A stretch of DNA of 64,000 bases from NCBI GenBank assembly GCA_035536115.1, contig DATLOU010000014.1:2937-66936 (forward strand), in the 5' to 3' direction. Positions 40,954 to 50,736 of the stretch are shown here, piece after piece. Source of the DNA: Rhizomicrobium sp. (GTDB taxonomy: Bacteria; Pseudomonadota; Alphaproteobacteria; Micropepsales; Micropepsaceae). The position numbers and the translations under genes were made by a program. Numbering within the stretch: position 1 is the stretch's first letter; each line of letters starts with the position of its first letter. Under the pieces are notes generated by a model, which worked only from the letters and a program-made list of their open reading frames with translations, was not told where the DNA came from and searched no databases.

Positions 40954-42420
40954 GTGGTGGCGACCCGGCGCATTGCAGCGGGAACGAGGTTGGCCGGCGA
41001 ACATCTCACGACAGTCGATTCCATCCCGTCGGGTCACAAGATCGCGACGGCAGAAATCGCCGCCGGCGAACCGGTACGCAAATATGGTCAGGTGATCGGC
41101 GTCGCCACGACGCATATTGCAAAGGGCGCGCACGTACACGTGCAAAACCTCGCCATGTCGGATCAGCGCGCACCGGCGGGACATCCTATGCACTGGAGCG
41201 GGACCCAGCCGCAACGGTCGTTTCTTGGCTATCGCCGGAGCGACGGACGCGTGGGCACGCGCAACTATATCGGCGTACTGACGAGCGTGAATTGTTCGGC
41301 GACTGTCGCACGGCACATCGCCGAAGCCGCGGAACGCGGCGGTCTGCTCGCCGGCTTCGATAACGTCGACGGCATCGTACCGATCACGCATGTCAGCGGC
41401 TGCGGCATGGCGGGTTCGGGAGAAGGCTTCGAGATCTTGCGTCGCACGCTTTGGGGAACCGCCGCGAACGCGAATTTCGCCGCGATCCTTCTGGTCGGGC
41501 TCGGCTGCGAAGTCCTGCAGATCGATCGGCTGAAGAAAGACTATGGCCTTTCCGACAACGCACACTTCCAATCCTTTACCATCCAGGAAACGGGGGGAAC
41601 CAAACGTTCGATCGAGGAAGGCCTGGCACGGCTCAAGGCGCTTTTGCCCTCCGTGAACGCGGTGTCGCGGAGCGAAGTTTCGGCGGGTGAGATCGTTCTC
41701 GGCCTGCAATGCGGCGGCTCGGATGCCTGGTCGGGCATCACCTCGAATCCAGCGCTGGGCAATGCGTCGGACCGCCTGGCCCAGCTCGGCGCGACCGTCA
41801 TCCTCTCGGAAACGCCCGAAATCTACGGCGCCGAGCATCTGCTGTATGCGCGCGCCAAATCGCCGGATGTTTCGGCCAAGCTGCGCACCCGGCTCGACTG
41901 GTGGGAACGTTACACCAAACGTCATGGCGCGGAGATGAACAACAACCCCTCCCCCGGTAACAAGTCAGGCGGTCTCACCACGATTTTGGAAAAATCGCTC
42001 GGCGCCGTCGCCAAGGGCGGAACTTCGACGCTGAACGACGTCGTCGAATATGCCGAGCCGATCCACGAACACGGCCTCGTCTTCATGGATAGCCCGGGTT
42101 TCGATCCCTGTTCCGCAACGGGACAGGTCGCTTCCGGTGCAACGCTGATCGCCTTCACCACCGGGCGTGGCTCCGCCTTCGGCTGCAAGCCTTCGCCCTC
42201 GATCAAACTGTCGTCCAACAGCGAGATCTACCGACGCATGCGCGACGACATCGACATCGATTGCGGCCCCATCGCAACGGGCGAAGCCAGCATCGAAGAA
42301 AAAGGCGAGGAAATTCTCGACTATCTGCTCGCCGTCGCTTCGGGACGAAAAAGCAAGAGCGAAGACCTCGGCTATGGCGGAGCGGAATTTGTACCCTGGC
42401 AGATCGGCGCGGTGATGTGA
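40954..42420 (+). CDS. UxaA-family (altronate/galactarate-type) sugar-acid dehydratase
   Basis: SAF domain (GHKIATAEIAAGEPVRKYG), then UxaA core motifs (GYRRSDGRVGTRNY, HVSGCG, GGSDAWSG, GSAFG). The SAF-domain homology (AVRLHAADNVVVA) starts upstream of the first canonical start codon; see findings. Confidence 0.85.
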   Translation: MVATRRIAAGTRLAGEHLTTVDSIPSGHKIATAEIAAGEPVRKYGQVIGVATTHIAKGAHVHVQNLAMSDQRAPAGHPMHWSGTQPQRSFLGYRRSDGRVGTRNYIGVLTSVNCSATVARHIAEAAERGGLLAGFDNVDGIVPITHVSGCGMAGSGEGFEILRRTLWGTAANANFAAILLVGLGCEVLQIDRLKKDYGLSDNAHFQSFTIQETGGTKRSIEEGLARLKALLPSVNAVSRSEVSAGEIVLGLQCGGSDAWSGITSNPALGNASDRLAQLGATVILSETPEIYGAEHLLYARAKSPDVSAKLRTRLDWWERYTKRHGAEMNNNPSPGNKSGGLTTILEKSLGAVAKGGTSTLNDVVEYAEPIHEHGLVFMDSPGFDPCSATGQVASGATLIAFTTGRGSAFGCKPSPSIKLSSNSEIYRRMRDDIDIDCGPIATGEASIEEKGEEILDYLLAVASGRKSKSEDLGYGGAEFVPWQIGAVM

Positions 42421-42520
42421 TCGCCGCTTACGAGGCACACGCCACTGTGTTGCCGCAGGCCATAGACGAAACCCCGATTGTCTCGTTAGTCTCTTTCAAG
42501 CGAGCCGGGTTGGCGATGGT

Positions 42521-43252
42521 TTGGGGGAGCATGTGAAGGGACTGCGTCTGCTGGCGGTGGTTGCGGTTGGCGTATGGGTTGCAGGATGTTCGACCTCGCC
42601 TGAATCCCTCGAGCAGAACGATCCGTTGGAACCGATCAACCGCGAAGTCTTCGCGCTCAATCACAGCCTCGACAATAGGGTCGCATTGCCGGTGGCGACG
42701 TTCTATCACAGCATCACGCCCGATCCGATCCGCGAACACCTGCATTACTTCCTGACGAATCTGCATCTGCCGGTGACGTTCGCGAACGACATGCTGCAGG
42801 GTAATTTCGAACGCGGCGGCGAAGCGATCGGTCGCTTCGCGGCCAATTCGACCCTCGGCTTTGTCGGCGTCTTCGACGTCGCGACGGATTGGGGAATGCC
42901 CTACCACCAGGAGGATTTCGGTCAGACGCTGGGAGTTTATGGCGTGGGCGAAGGTCCCTATCTCGTCCTTCCCCTGGCCGGGCCCGCAGTGCCGCGCGAC
43001 ATCGCCGGCGGCTTTGTCGATCACTATCTGGATCCCCTCGGCTACATCCGGTGGCACCGCCCATTCTACTACTCGTGGACGCGCAGCATATTGTCGTTCG
43101 TGGATTCCCGCTCGCAAAGCATCAACGCCTTGCGCGAAATCGAGCGCTCCTCCATCGATCTCTATGCCACCACGCGCAGCCTTTATCGCCAGTCCCGCAA
43201 TGCCGAAATCCGCAATGGCGAGCCGGACGTGAAGGGTTTGCCGGACTTCTAG
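42521..43252 (+). CDS. mlaA: MlaA/VacJ-family outer-membrane lipoprotein (second copy)
   Basis: Lipobox VAGC. Motifs DPLEPINRE, NDMLQG, RFAANSTLGFVGVFD, EDFGQTLGVYGV and GPYLVLPLAGP. A GTG at 42533 gives MKGLRLLAVVAVGVWVAGC, an alternative to the TTG at 42521. Confidence 0.85.
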   Translation: MGEHVKGLRLLAVVAVGVWVAGCSTSPESLEQNDPLEPINREVFALNHSLDNRVALPVATFYHSITPDPIREHLHYFLTNLHLPVTFANDMLQGNFERGGEAIGRFAANSTLGFVGVFDVATDWGMPYHQEDFGQTLGVYGVGEGPYLVLPLAGPAVPRDIAGGFVDHYLDPLGYIRWHRPFYYSWTRSILSFVDSRSQSINALREIERSSIDLYATTRSLYRQSRNAEIRNGEPDVKGLPDF

Positions 43253-43271
43253 CCGTCCGTTAAACAGCGTT

Positions 43272-45878
43272 ATGACAATTGTCGAACGAATCGTCGCGAT
43301 ATGCAGCGCCGCGCCGGCACGCGTTGCCGCGCTGTGCCTCGCGCTGGGCATCGCGGGCGGCATCTACACCGCTGCCAATTTCTCGATGGATACGGACAGC
43401 ACCAAGCTGATCGCGCCGGATGTCGATTGGCGCGCACGCGAAGTGCATTTCGATTCGCTGTTTCCGCAACAGGTCAATTTAATTCTGATCGTCGTCGACG
43501 GTGCGACGCCTGAACTCGCCGAAGCCGGAACCGCTGCGCTCGCCGACGCCCTTGGCGGTCAGAAGAAGCTTTTTTCGCTGGTGCGCAGGCCGGACGGCGG
43601 CGCGTTCTTCAACCGCAACGGCTTGCTCTTCCTCTCTTATGATGAGGTGAAAACGACGACCGAGCAGATGATCGCCGCACAGCCTTTCCTCGGTCCGCTC
43701 GCCCAAGACCCGAGCTTGCGCGGAATCATGGACAGCCTCAAAACTGCGCTGGACGGTGTGTCGCGCGGCCAGGCCAAACTGGATGACCTTGAGCGCCCGC
43801 TCGCCGGCTTCAGCGACACGTTGGGAAAGATCGTAGCGGGACAACCCTCCTTCCTTTCGTGGCGCTCGCTGATCACCGGAGCAAAACCGTCGCGGCAGGA
43901 GACGCGCCGCTTCATCGAGGTGAAACCGGTCCTGGATTTCAGCGCGCTTGAGCCGGGAGAAAGTGCGACGAACGCGATCCGCGCGACCGCTTCGGCCTTG
44001 CACCTGACGCCTGAAAACGGCGTGCACGTGCGCCTGACGGGGCCGGTGCCACTGTCCGACGAAGAGTTCGCAACGCTTGCCGATCGCGCAGCGCTCATGC
44101 TCGGCGCCATGCTGCTCGCCGTGCTGGCGACATTATGGGCGGCGGTGCGCTCCTTTCGCATCATCGCCGCGATCCTGATCACGCTGGTTGTGGGATTGAT
44201 GATCACGATGGCGCTAGGCCTGTTCATCGCGCACGTCTTCAACATCATCTCCATTGCGTTCGTGGCACTCTTTGTCGGTATCGGCGTCGATTTCGGAATC
44301 CAGTTCTGCGTGCGCTATCGCGCCGAGCGGCATGCCAAGGATGACCTGAGGCCCGCTCTGATCCGCGCCGCAGCCGGCGTCGGGACACCGCTGGCGCTCG
44401 CTGCGGCGGCGACGGCCGCGGGGTTTTTCTCGTTCCTGCCGACGAGCTATGTCGGGGTCGCAGAGCTAGGGCTGGTTGCCGGTATCGGAATGGTCGTCGC
44501 CTTCGCGCTCTGCATCACGCTGCTTCCGGCCTTACTCATGCTGTTCAAGCCCTACGGCGAACCGGAAGGGATAGGCTTTGCCTTCTTCGAGACGATCGAC
44601 CGCATCATGATCTCGCACCGGTCCCAGGTTCTCACCGCCGCGGCCGCGATCGCGCTCGCCGCGCTCGTGCTCGTGAGCTTCGTCAAGTTCGATTTCAATC
44701 CGCTCGACCTGCGCAGCGCCAAGACCGAATCCGTTTCGACCATTCTCGACCTGATGCAGGATCCCCAGACCTCGCCCAATACCATCGACGTGCTGGCGCC
44801 GAACCTGAACGCGGCACGCTCGCTGTCCCAGAAGTTGTCGAACATTCGCCAAGTAGGACAGGCGATCACGCTCGCCGATTTCGTACCGTCCGATCAGGAA
44901 AGAAAGTTGGCCCTTATCACGGATGCCAACGTTCTGCTCGATGCCACCATCAATCCGTTCGTGACGAAGCCGGCGCCAAACGACGCGGAACTGGTCGCAA
45001 GTCTTGGCGCAACATCGGCCGCACTCCGCGACGTGGCGGCCAAGAGCGATGGACGTGCTGCGAACGACGCGCGACGCCTCGCCGATACGTTGGCGAAATT
45101 GGCGACGGGGCCCCAGGCTCTGCGCGCACGCGCAACTGCGGCCCTGGTACCGGGCCTCAAAACCATGCTGGCGCAGATGAGCGCGTCGCTGCAGGCCGCC
45201 CCGGTCAGCGTACAATCGCTGCCGCCGGAACTCGTCGGCGACTGGATCGCCAAAGACGGCACCGCCCGCATTCAGGTTTTCCCCAAAGACACGTCCGGCA
45301 CCAATGTCTCTCTCACCCAGTTCAGCAAGGCGGTCATGAAAGTGGCGCCCGATGCAACCGGTGCTCCAATCTCCATCCGCGAGTCGGGCACGACGATCGT
45401 CGACGCCTTCATCGAGGCCGGCACGTTGTCATTTCTCGTTATCACGATCCTCTTGATCGCTGTCCTGCGCCGCCCCCGCGACGTGCTGCTGACGATCATT
45501 CCGCTGCTCCTGACGGGACTGCTGACGCTTGGGACGTCCGTCGCCATTGGTCTGCAGCTGAACTTCGCCAACGTCATCGCGCTGCCCCTTCTGTTCGGGA
45601 TCGGCGTCGCCTTCAACATCTACTTCGTCATGGCCTGGCGCGCCGGGCAGATGGATCTCCTGCAGTCGAGTCTGACGCGGGCGGTGATCTTCAGCGCCCT
45701 GACGACGGCGTCGGGCTTCGGCAGTCTTTGGCTATCCAGCCATCCAGGCACCGCGAGTATGGGCGAGCTTTTGATGATCTCGCTCGGCTGGACGCTCGCA
45801 ACGACGCTGTTCTTCCTACCGGCATTGATGGGCGAACCGCCGGTAAACGCCGCCGGCTCGGACGCTCAGCCCGGATAG
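43272..45878 (+). CDS. hpnN: hopanoid-associated RND/MMPL-type transporter HpnN
   Basis: 868 aa with the 2x6-TM RND/SSD topology and two large periplasmic loops. It sits beside the hpnM-like gene and the hopanoid and isoprenoid genes. Confidence 0.85.
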   Translation: MTIVERIVAICSAAPARVAALCLALGIAGGIYTAANFSMDTDSTKLIAPDVDWRAREVHFDSLFPQQVNLILIVVDGATPELAEAGTAALADALGGQKKLFSLVRRPDGGAFFNRNGLLFLSYDEVKTTTEQMIAAQPFLGPLAQDPSLRGIMDSLKTALDGVSRGQAKLDDLERPLAGFSDTLGKIVAGQPSFLSWRSLITGAKPSRQETRRFIEVKPVLDFSALEPGESATNAIRATASALHLTPENGVHVRLTGPVPLSDEEFATLADRAALMLGAMLLAVLATLWAAVRSFRIIAAILITLVVGLMITMALGLFIAHVFNIISIAFVALFVGIGVDFGIQFCVRYRAERHAKDDLRPALIRAAAGVGTPLALAAAATAAGFFSFLPTSYVGVAELGLVAGIGMVVAFALCITLLPALLMLFKPYGEPEGIGFAFFETIDRIMISHRSQVLTAAAAIALAALVLVSFVKFDFNPLDLRSAKTESVSTILDLMQDPQTSPNTIDVLAPNLNAARSLSQKLSNIRQVGQAITLADFVPSDQERKLALITDANVLLDATINPFVTKPAPNDAELVASLGATSAALRDVAAKSDGRAANDARRLADTLAKLATGPQALRARATAALVPGLKTMLAQMSASLQAAPVSVQSLPPELVGDWIAKDGTARIQVFPKDTSGTNVSLTQFSKAVMKVAPDATGAPISIRESGTTIVDAFIEAGTLSFLVITILLIAVLRRPRDVLLTIIPLLLTGLLTLGTSVAIGLQLNFANVIALPLLFGIGVAFNIYFVMAWRAGQMDLLQSSLTRAVIFSALTTASGFGSLWLSSHPGTASMGELLMISLGWTLATTLFFLPALMGEPPVNAAGSDAQPG

Positions 45879-45938
45879 AACAGGGAACAAAATGCTCTGG
45901 CGCCCGTTTACTTGAGGCAGGATTTCGTGGGGCGCGCC

Positions 45939-46130
45939 ATGTCGGCTTTTGGGCTCTATGTCTTGGGATTTGTTGTTCTTCTGGGCGGCCTTATCTATGG
46001 CGCGCATCTTCTTCATGTTCCGCAAACCTGGATTATCGTCGGCGCGCTCATCGTGATCGGCCTGGGCATCATGTCGGCCGTGTCGCGGACGAAGCAGCGC
46101 GATCCCCCGAACGAAACGCCGCACGTCTGA
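45939..46130 (+). CDS. candidate 63-aa two-helix membrane protein
   Basis: MSAFGLYVLGFVVLLGGLIYGAHLLHVPQTWIIVGALIVIGLGIMSAVSRTKQRDPP... lies between hpnN and hpnM. No family recognised. Confidence 0.4.
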   Translation: MSAFGLYVLGFVVLLGGLIYGAHLLHVPQTWIIVGALIVIGLGIMSAVSRTKQRDPPNETPHV

Positions 46131-46139
46131 TCGTTCGCG

Positions 46140-46769
46140 TCAGCTCTTCAGAGCCTTGTCGGCGAGGGCGTCGATCTTCTTGATCAGCGCCGATGCGCCG
46201 CCGGTCTTGAGCGTGGCGGCAAAATCGGAGCGATAGACCGAGAGCTGGCTGATCGAGCCATCGAGTAGAATGTCGATGATCCTCCAGTCGCTGCCGAACT
46301 GGCGCATGCGATAGATGAAGGAAACCGTCTGATCCTTGGCGACCAAAGCCGTTTTCACATAGTGATCGGTGCCGCGAATGTCGGCTTTGGGTTCGACGGT
46401 GAATTTCTCGCCGTCATAGCTTGAGAAATTGCCGGCATATTGGGCGATGGTCATGCGCGCAAAGGCATCGCTGAGGGCTTTCTGGTCGTCGGCGGACATG
46501 GTCGACCAGCCGGGTCCGACCGCGTATTTGATCATCGTGGCGAGATCGAAGGTCTTTTCGACGACAGGTTTCAGCTTGTCGTAGCGCCCCTGGGCGCCCA
46601 ACGTCTTGCCGCCCTTCATGCAGTCCAGGAGCGTCGCATAGAACGACTGTACCGCAGGCGTCGCCGGGTCGGCCGCATCGGCGCGGACAGACGGCGAAGA
46701 AAGCAGCGCCACCGCCAACCCCAGCGCGAGAGAAAGTTTCATCATCCAGTGTTGCATCCGGGTCTCCAA
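46140..46769 (-). CDS. hpnM: HpnM-like (MlaC/Ttg2D-family) periplasmic lipid-binding protein
   Basis: Signal peptide (MMKLSLALGLAVALLSSPSVRA). Ttg2D-like body (FDLATMIKYAVGPGWSTMSADDQKAL, AQYAGNFSSYDGEKFTV). Adjacent to hpnN. Confidence 0.8.
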   Translation of the reverse strand: METRMQHWMMKLSLALGLAVALLSSPSVRADAADPATPAVQSFYATLLDCMKGGKTLGAQGRYDKLKPVVEKTFDLATMIKYAVGPGWSTMSADDQKALSDAFARMTIAQYAGNFSSYDGEKFTVEPKADIRGTDHYVKTALVAKDQTVSFIYRMRQFGSDWRIIDILLDGSISQLSVYRSDFAATLKTGGASALIKKIDALADKALKS

Positions 46770-46814
46770 GTGATCGAAGCGGCGTAGGCGTCAATCACGG
46801 CAAAATTAGGCCGT

Positions 46815-48626
46815 TCAGCCGCGCGCCGAAGTTTTCTGGACGAAGTGCGCGGCGATGACGCGGGTGAGATCGGCGGCGGCAAGACCGGCTGTCTCATATT
46901 GGCGCGCGGGGTCGTCATGTTCCAGAAACCGGTCCGGCAATGTCAGCGTGCGGATTTCGAGGCCCGGTCTGAGCAGTCCTTCATTGGCGATGAAGTGAAG
47001 CACATGCGCGCCGAAGCCGCCGGCTGAGCCTTCCTCCACTGTTACCAGCATGCCGTGATGACGCACGAGGCGGCGAACCAATTCTTCGTCGAGGGGCTTG
47101 GCGAAGCGCGCATCTGCAACGGTGCAGGAGATGCCATTCGTCCTCAGCTGATCGGCGGCGGCGAGGGCTTCTGCCAGACGCGTTCCCAAACTCAGGATGG
47201 CGACTTCCCTGCCCTCGCGCACGATGCGACCCTTGCCGATGGGCAACACCATCCCGCGCTCAGGAAGCGCCGAACCGGTGCCTTCGCCGCGCGGATAGCG
47301 AAGCGCAATCGGGCCCTGATCATAAGCTGCGGCCGTCGCCACCATATGCACGAGTTCGGCTTCGTCGGATGGCGCCATCACGACAAAGTTCGGCAGGCAG
47401 CATAAATAGGCGAGATCAAAACTTCCCGCATGCGTGGCGCCGTCGGCGCCAACCAGTCCCGCGCGATCCATGGCGAAGCGCACAGGCAGGTTCTGGATCG
47501 CGACATCATGCACGACCTGGTCGTAAGCACGCTGCAGGAAGGTCGAATAGATCACGGCGAAGGGCTTGAGCCCTTCCGTCGCGAGGCCCGCGGCAAAGGT
47601 CACGGCATGTTGCTCGGCGATGCCGACATCGAAAGTGCGCTCGGGAAACGCCTTGGCGAAGATGTCCAGTCCCGTGCCCGACGGCATGGCCGCCGTGATG
47701 GCGACGATCCGGGGATCGGCTGTCGCCTCTGAAATCAACGCGTCGGCGAAGACCTTGGTGTAGCTGGGCGCTCGCGGCTTCGATTTGATCTGCGCGCCCG
47801 TCGCGACGTCGAACTTGGCGACCGCATGGCCCTTGTCGGCCGACCCTTCGGCAGGCGCATAGCCGTGGCCCTTGCGCGTGACGATGTGGAGGAGCACGGC
47901 GCCTCCCTCCTTGTCGTCGCGGATGGCTTCCAGCGCCCGGACGAGCGCATCGACGTCATGGCCGTCGACCGGACCGATGTGGCGCATCCCAAGTTTCTCG
48001 AACATGGTGTTCGTGCCGGACTTGGTCACCGTCAATTCGTTGAGATGCTTGTTCAAGGCGCCCGTGGCGGGCGCGATCGACATATCGTTGTCGTTGAGGA
48101 TCACCAGGAGCCGGCTGCCGAGCGCGCCCGCATTGTTGATCGCTTCATAGGCCATGCCGGCGCTCATCGCGCCATCGCCGATCACGGCGATGACATGGTT
48201 GGACTTTCCGAGCAGATCGCGCCCAACCGCCATGCCCAATCCCGCCGACACCGATGTCGAGGAATGGGCCGCTCCGAAGGGGTCGTATTCGCTCTCGCTC
48301 CTGCGCGTGAAGCCCGATAGCCCGCCACCCTTGCGGATCGTACGGATTCGGTCGCGACGGCCAGTCAAAATCTTATGCGGATACGCCTGATGACCGACAT
48401 CCCACACGATGCGATCGTCGGGTGTGTCGAAGACATAGTGCAGCGCGACGGTCAATTCGACGACACCGAGACCGGCGCCGAAATGGCCACCGGATTGCGA
48501 CACGGCATCAATCAATTCGTACCGCAGCTCGTCGGCAAGCTGGCGCAGATTCGACGGGGTGAGACGGCGCAGATCGGCCGGCACGTCGATCCCGTCAAGC
48601 AATGGTGTGCGCGAAACGTCGGCCAT
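46815..48626 (-). CDS. dxs: 1-deoxy-D-xylulose-5-phosphate synthase
   Basis: [16 protein letters not shown]..., [45 protein letters not shown] and [14 protein letters not shown]. The ATG at 48626 shares 1 nt with the ispA stop. Confidence 0.95.
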   Translation of the reverse strand: MADVSRTPLLDGIDVPADLRRLTPSNLRQLADELRYELIDAVSQSGGHFGAGLGVVELTVALHYVFDTPDDRIVWDVGHQAYPHKILTGRRDRIRTIRKGGGLSGFTRRSESEYDPFGAAHSSTSVSAGLGMAVGRDLLGKSNHVIAVIGDGAMSAGMAYEAINNAGALGSRLLVILNDNDMSIAPATGALNKHLNELTVTKSGTNTMFEKLGMRHIGPVDGHDVDALVRALEAIRDDKEGGAVLLHIVTRKGHGYAPAEGSADKGHAVAKFDVATGAQIKSKPRAPSYTKVFADALISEATADPRIVAITAAMPSGTGLDIFAKAFPERTFDVGIAEQHAVTFAAGLATEGLKPFAVIYSTFLQRAYDQVVHDVAIQNLPVRFAMDRAGLVGADGATHAGSFDLAYLCCLPNFVVMAPSDEAELVHMVATAAAYDQGPIALRYPRGEGTGSALPERGMVLPIGKGRIVREGREVAILSLGTRLAEALAAADQLRTNGISCTVADARFAKPLDEELVRRLVRHHGMLVTVEEGSAGGFGAHVLHFIANEGLLRPGLEIRTLTLPDRFLEHDDPARQYETAGLAAADLTRVIAAHFVQKTSARG

Positions 48627-49531
48627 CAGGAGTCCCGGTTCAGCAGGTAAAGAGGAAGGGCGCACAATTCCGGCGCAGCGTTGCCATAGGGAGCGAGCGT
48701 GGCAGCAGCCCGGCGTGCGAGCTTCTCCGCTTCGCTTCGCGCACCGTCGATTCCGAGGATCGCCACGAGCGTTGCCTTGCCCTGCTCCTTGTCCTTACCG
48801 ACGGCCTTGCCCGTCTTTTCCGCCGTGCTGGTGACGTCGAGCAGATCATCGGTGATCTGGAACACCAGACCCATGTCGCGCGCATAGGAGCGCAGGCGAT
48901 CGCGGTCTTCCTGTTTCGCTTCGCCCAATATTGCTCCGGCTTCGCAGGAGAATTCGAACAGCTGGCCGGTCTTCAACCGCTGCAGCAGCACGATCTCGTC
49001 GGCTCCGAATGCATTCTTAGCGGCCTGCATGTCGATCATCTGTCCGCCGATCATGCCGTTGCTGCCCGCAGCCTCGGCGAGACGCTGAACGAGTGCGCTG
49101 CGAACCTCGCCGGACGGATGGGTTTCCCTACCTGCGAGAGTCTCGAAGGCAAGCGTGAGCAAGCCATCGCCCGCAAGGACCGCGGTCATCTCGTCGAAGG
49201 CGATGTGTGTCGTCGGACGGCCGCGGCGGAGCGCGTCATCGTCCATGCAGGGCAGATCGTCGTGGACGAGAGAATAGGTGTGGAGAACTTCGATGGCCGC
49301 GGCGACGCGGGCGGCTCGCTCTTCAGGAACGTCAAACAGCCTCGCTGAATTCAGCACCAGAAAGGGCCTGAGACGCTTGCCGCCGGCGAAGGTTGCATAT
49401 CGCATCGCCTCCTGAACCCGCGCATAGAGCCCGTGAGGCTTGGGCAGTACGCGATCAAGCGTTGCATCGACGATCCTGGACGCCTCCTGCAAGGCGCTCG
49501 GCAACGAGATGGACTGGGACTGAACCGACAT
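48626..49531 (-). CDS. ispA: farnesyl/geranylgeranyl diphosphate synthase
   Basis: First Asp-rich motif [17 protein letters not shown] and second [12 protein letters not shown] at 49531 preferred. Confidence 0.9.
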   Translation of the reverse strand: MSVQSQSISLPSALQEASRIVDATLDRVLPKPHGLYARVQEAMRYATFAGGKRLRPFLVLNSARLFDVPEERAARVAAAIEVLHTYSLVHDDLPCMDDDALRRGRPTTHIAFDEMTAVLAGDGLLTLAFETLAGRETHPSGEVRSALVQRLAEAAGSNGMIGGQMIDMQAAKNAFGADEIVLLQRLKTGQLFEFSCEAGAILGEAKQEDRDRLRSYARDMGLVFQITDDLLDVTSTAEKTGKAVGKDKEQGKATLVAILGIDGARSEAEKLARRAAATLAPYGNAAPELCALPLYLLNRDS

Positions 49532-49780
49532 TCTCGGCGCCCCGTCATTCGTACCCTTCATGAACACCCCGTCCGACCCGCCGGTTCCAAATCCCCAATG
49601 AAGGCAGGGGTAACTTTGCGCGAATTGTACCATATCTCGCCAATTCGGGGGCCCTGCCTACCCTCCAATTGAGCCAAATGCTAGCCGGAGCGTTGTAATC
49701 TTGTGCCGGTTGCGCTGCACACAGATGCTGGCTATAGCCACCCCTTAGGGCCAAATCGGCCCAGGGAGACAGGAGTCTCG

Positions 49781-50722
49781 ATGCGAGTCGTTCTCGCCCA
49801 ACCCCGCGGATTCTGCGCCGGTGTCGTTCGAGCGATCGACATCGTCGAGCGGGCGCTCGAGAAGTTCGGCGAGCCTGTCTATGTCCGCCATGAGATCGTG
49901 CACAACAAGCACGTCGTCGACACGCTGAAGAACAAGGGCGCGCGCTTCGTCGAGGAACTGAACGAAGTTCCCGATGGCGCGGTGACCGTTTTCAGCGCTC
50001 ATGGCGTGCCGCAGGCTGTGGTCAAGGATGCGCAGTCGCGCGGACTTCCCGTGCTCGACGCAACCTGTCCGCTGGTTTCGAAGGTGCACAATCAAGGCAA
50101 ACGCTACGCTGGCAGCGGCCGCAAGTTAATCCTGATCGGTCACGCCGGACATCCGGAAGTCGAAGGCACGATGGGTCAGGTCGGGGCACCGGTGCACTTG
50201 GTGCAGTCCGAAGCCGATGTCGCCGCGCTCGATATTCCGAGCAATACACCGGTCGCCTACATCACGCAGACGACCCTTTCCATCGACGACACCAAAAACG
50301 TGATCTTGGCTTTGAAGGCAAAGTTCGCCGACATCGTCGGTCCGGAAACGACAGACATCTGTTACGCCACGCAGAACCGGCAGACGTCGGTTCGCGAGCT
50401 TGCGAAGGTGGCTGACGTCATTCTCGTCGTCGGCGCCAAGAACAGTTCCAATTCCAACCGGCTCTGCGAAATCGGCCGCGAGGAAGGCATTCCCGCCTAC
50501 CTGATCGCCGACGGCAGCGAGTTGGATCCGGCCTGGGTGCGCGGGCGAAAGGTCGTCGGCCTCACCGCGGGGGCCTCCGCGCCCGAAAGCCTTGTCGAAG
50601 ACGTCATCGCCGCGCTGGGGCGCATCGAGCCCGTCGAAGTCACGCAGATGGACGGCAAGAAGGAACATATCGAGTTCCGCCTTCCGGCCGAACTCAGAAT
50701 CGATCGCGCCCCGGCGGCGTGA
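49781..50722 (+). CDS. ispH: 4-hydroxy-3-methylbut-2-enyl diphosphate reductase
   Basis: [47 protein letters not shown] and ICYATQNRQ. Confidence 0.95.
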   Translation: MRVVLAQPRGFCAGVVRAIDIVERALEKFGEPVYVRHEIVHNKHVVDTLKNKGARFVEELNEVPDGAVTVFSAHGVPQAVVKDAQSRGLPVLDATCPLVSKVHNQGKRYAGSGRKLILIGHAGHPEVEGTMGQVGAPVHLVQSEADVAALDIPSNTPVAYITQTTLSIDDTKNVILALKAKFADIVGPETTDICYATQNRQTSVRELAKVADVILVVGAKNSSNSNRLCEIGREEGIPAYLIADGSELDPAWVRGRKVVGLTAGASAPESLVEDVIAALGRIEPVEVTQMDGKKEHIEFRLPAELRIDRAPAA

Positions 50723-50736
50723 GAACGGAGAAGAGT

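Noticed and set aside
40780-41925. 381-aa minus-strand ORF opposite the UxaA-type dehydratase
   Set aside because: It is antisense to a gene with clear SAF and UxaA motifs and has no recognisable domain.
42428-43363. 311-aa minus-strand ORF opposite mlaA2
   Set aside because: It is antisense to a lipoprotein gene with a lipobox and conserved MlaA motifs.
49532-49780. Expected xseB-like small gene upstream of ispA-dxs
   Set aside because: The 250-nt ispA/ispH divergent spacer contains only short non-protein-like ORFs (65-79 aa, Arg/Pro-rich). There is no exonuclease VII small-subunit-like sequence.
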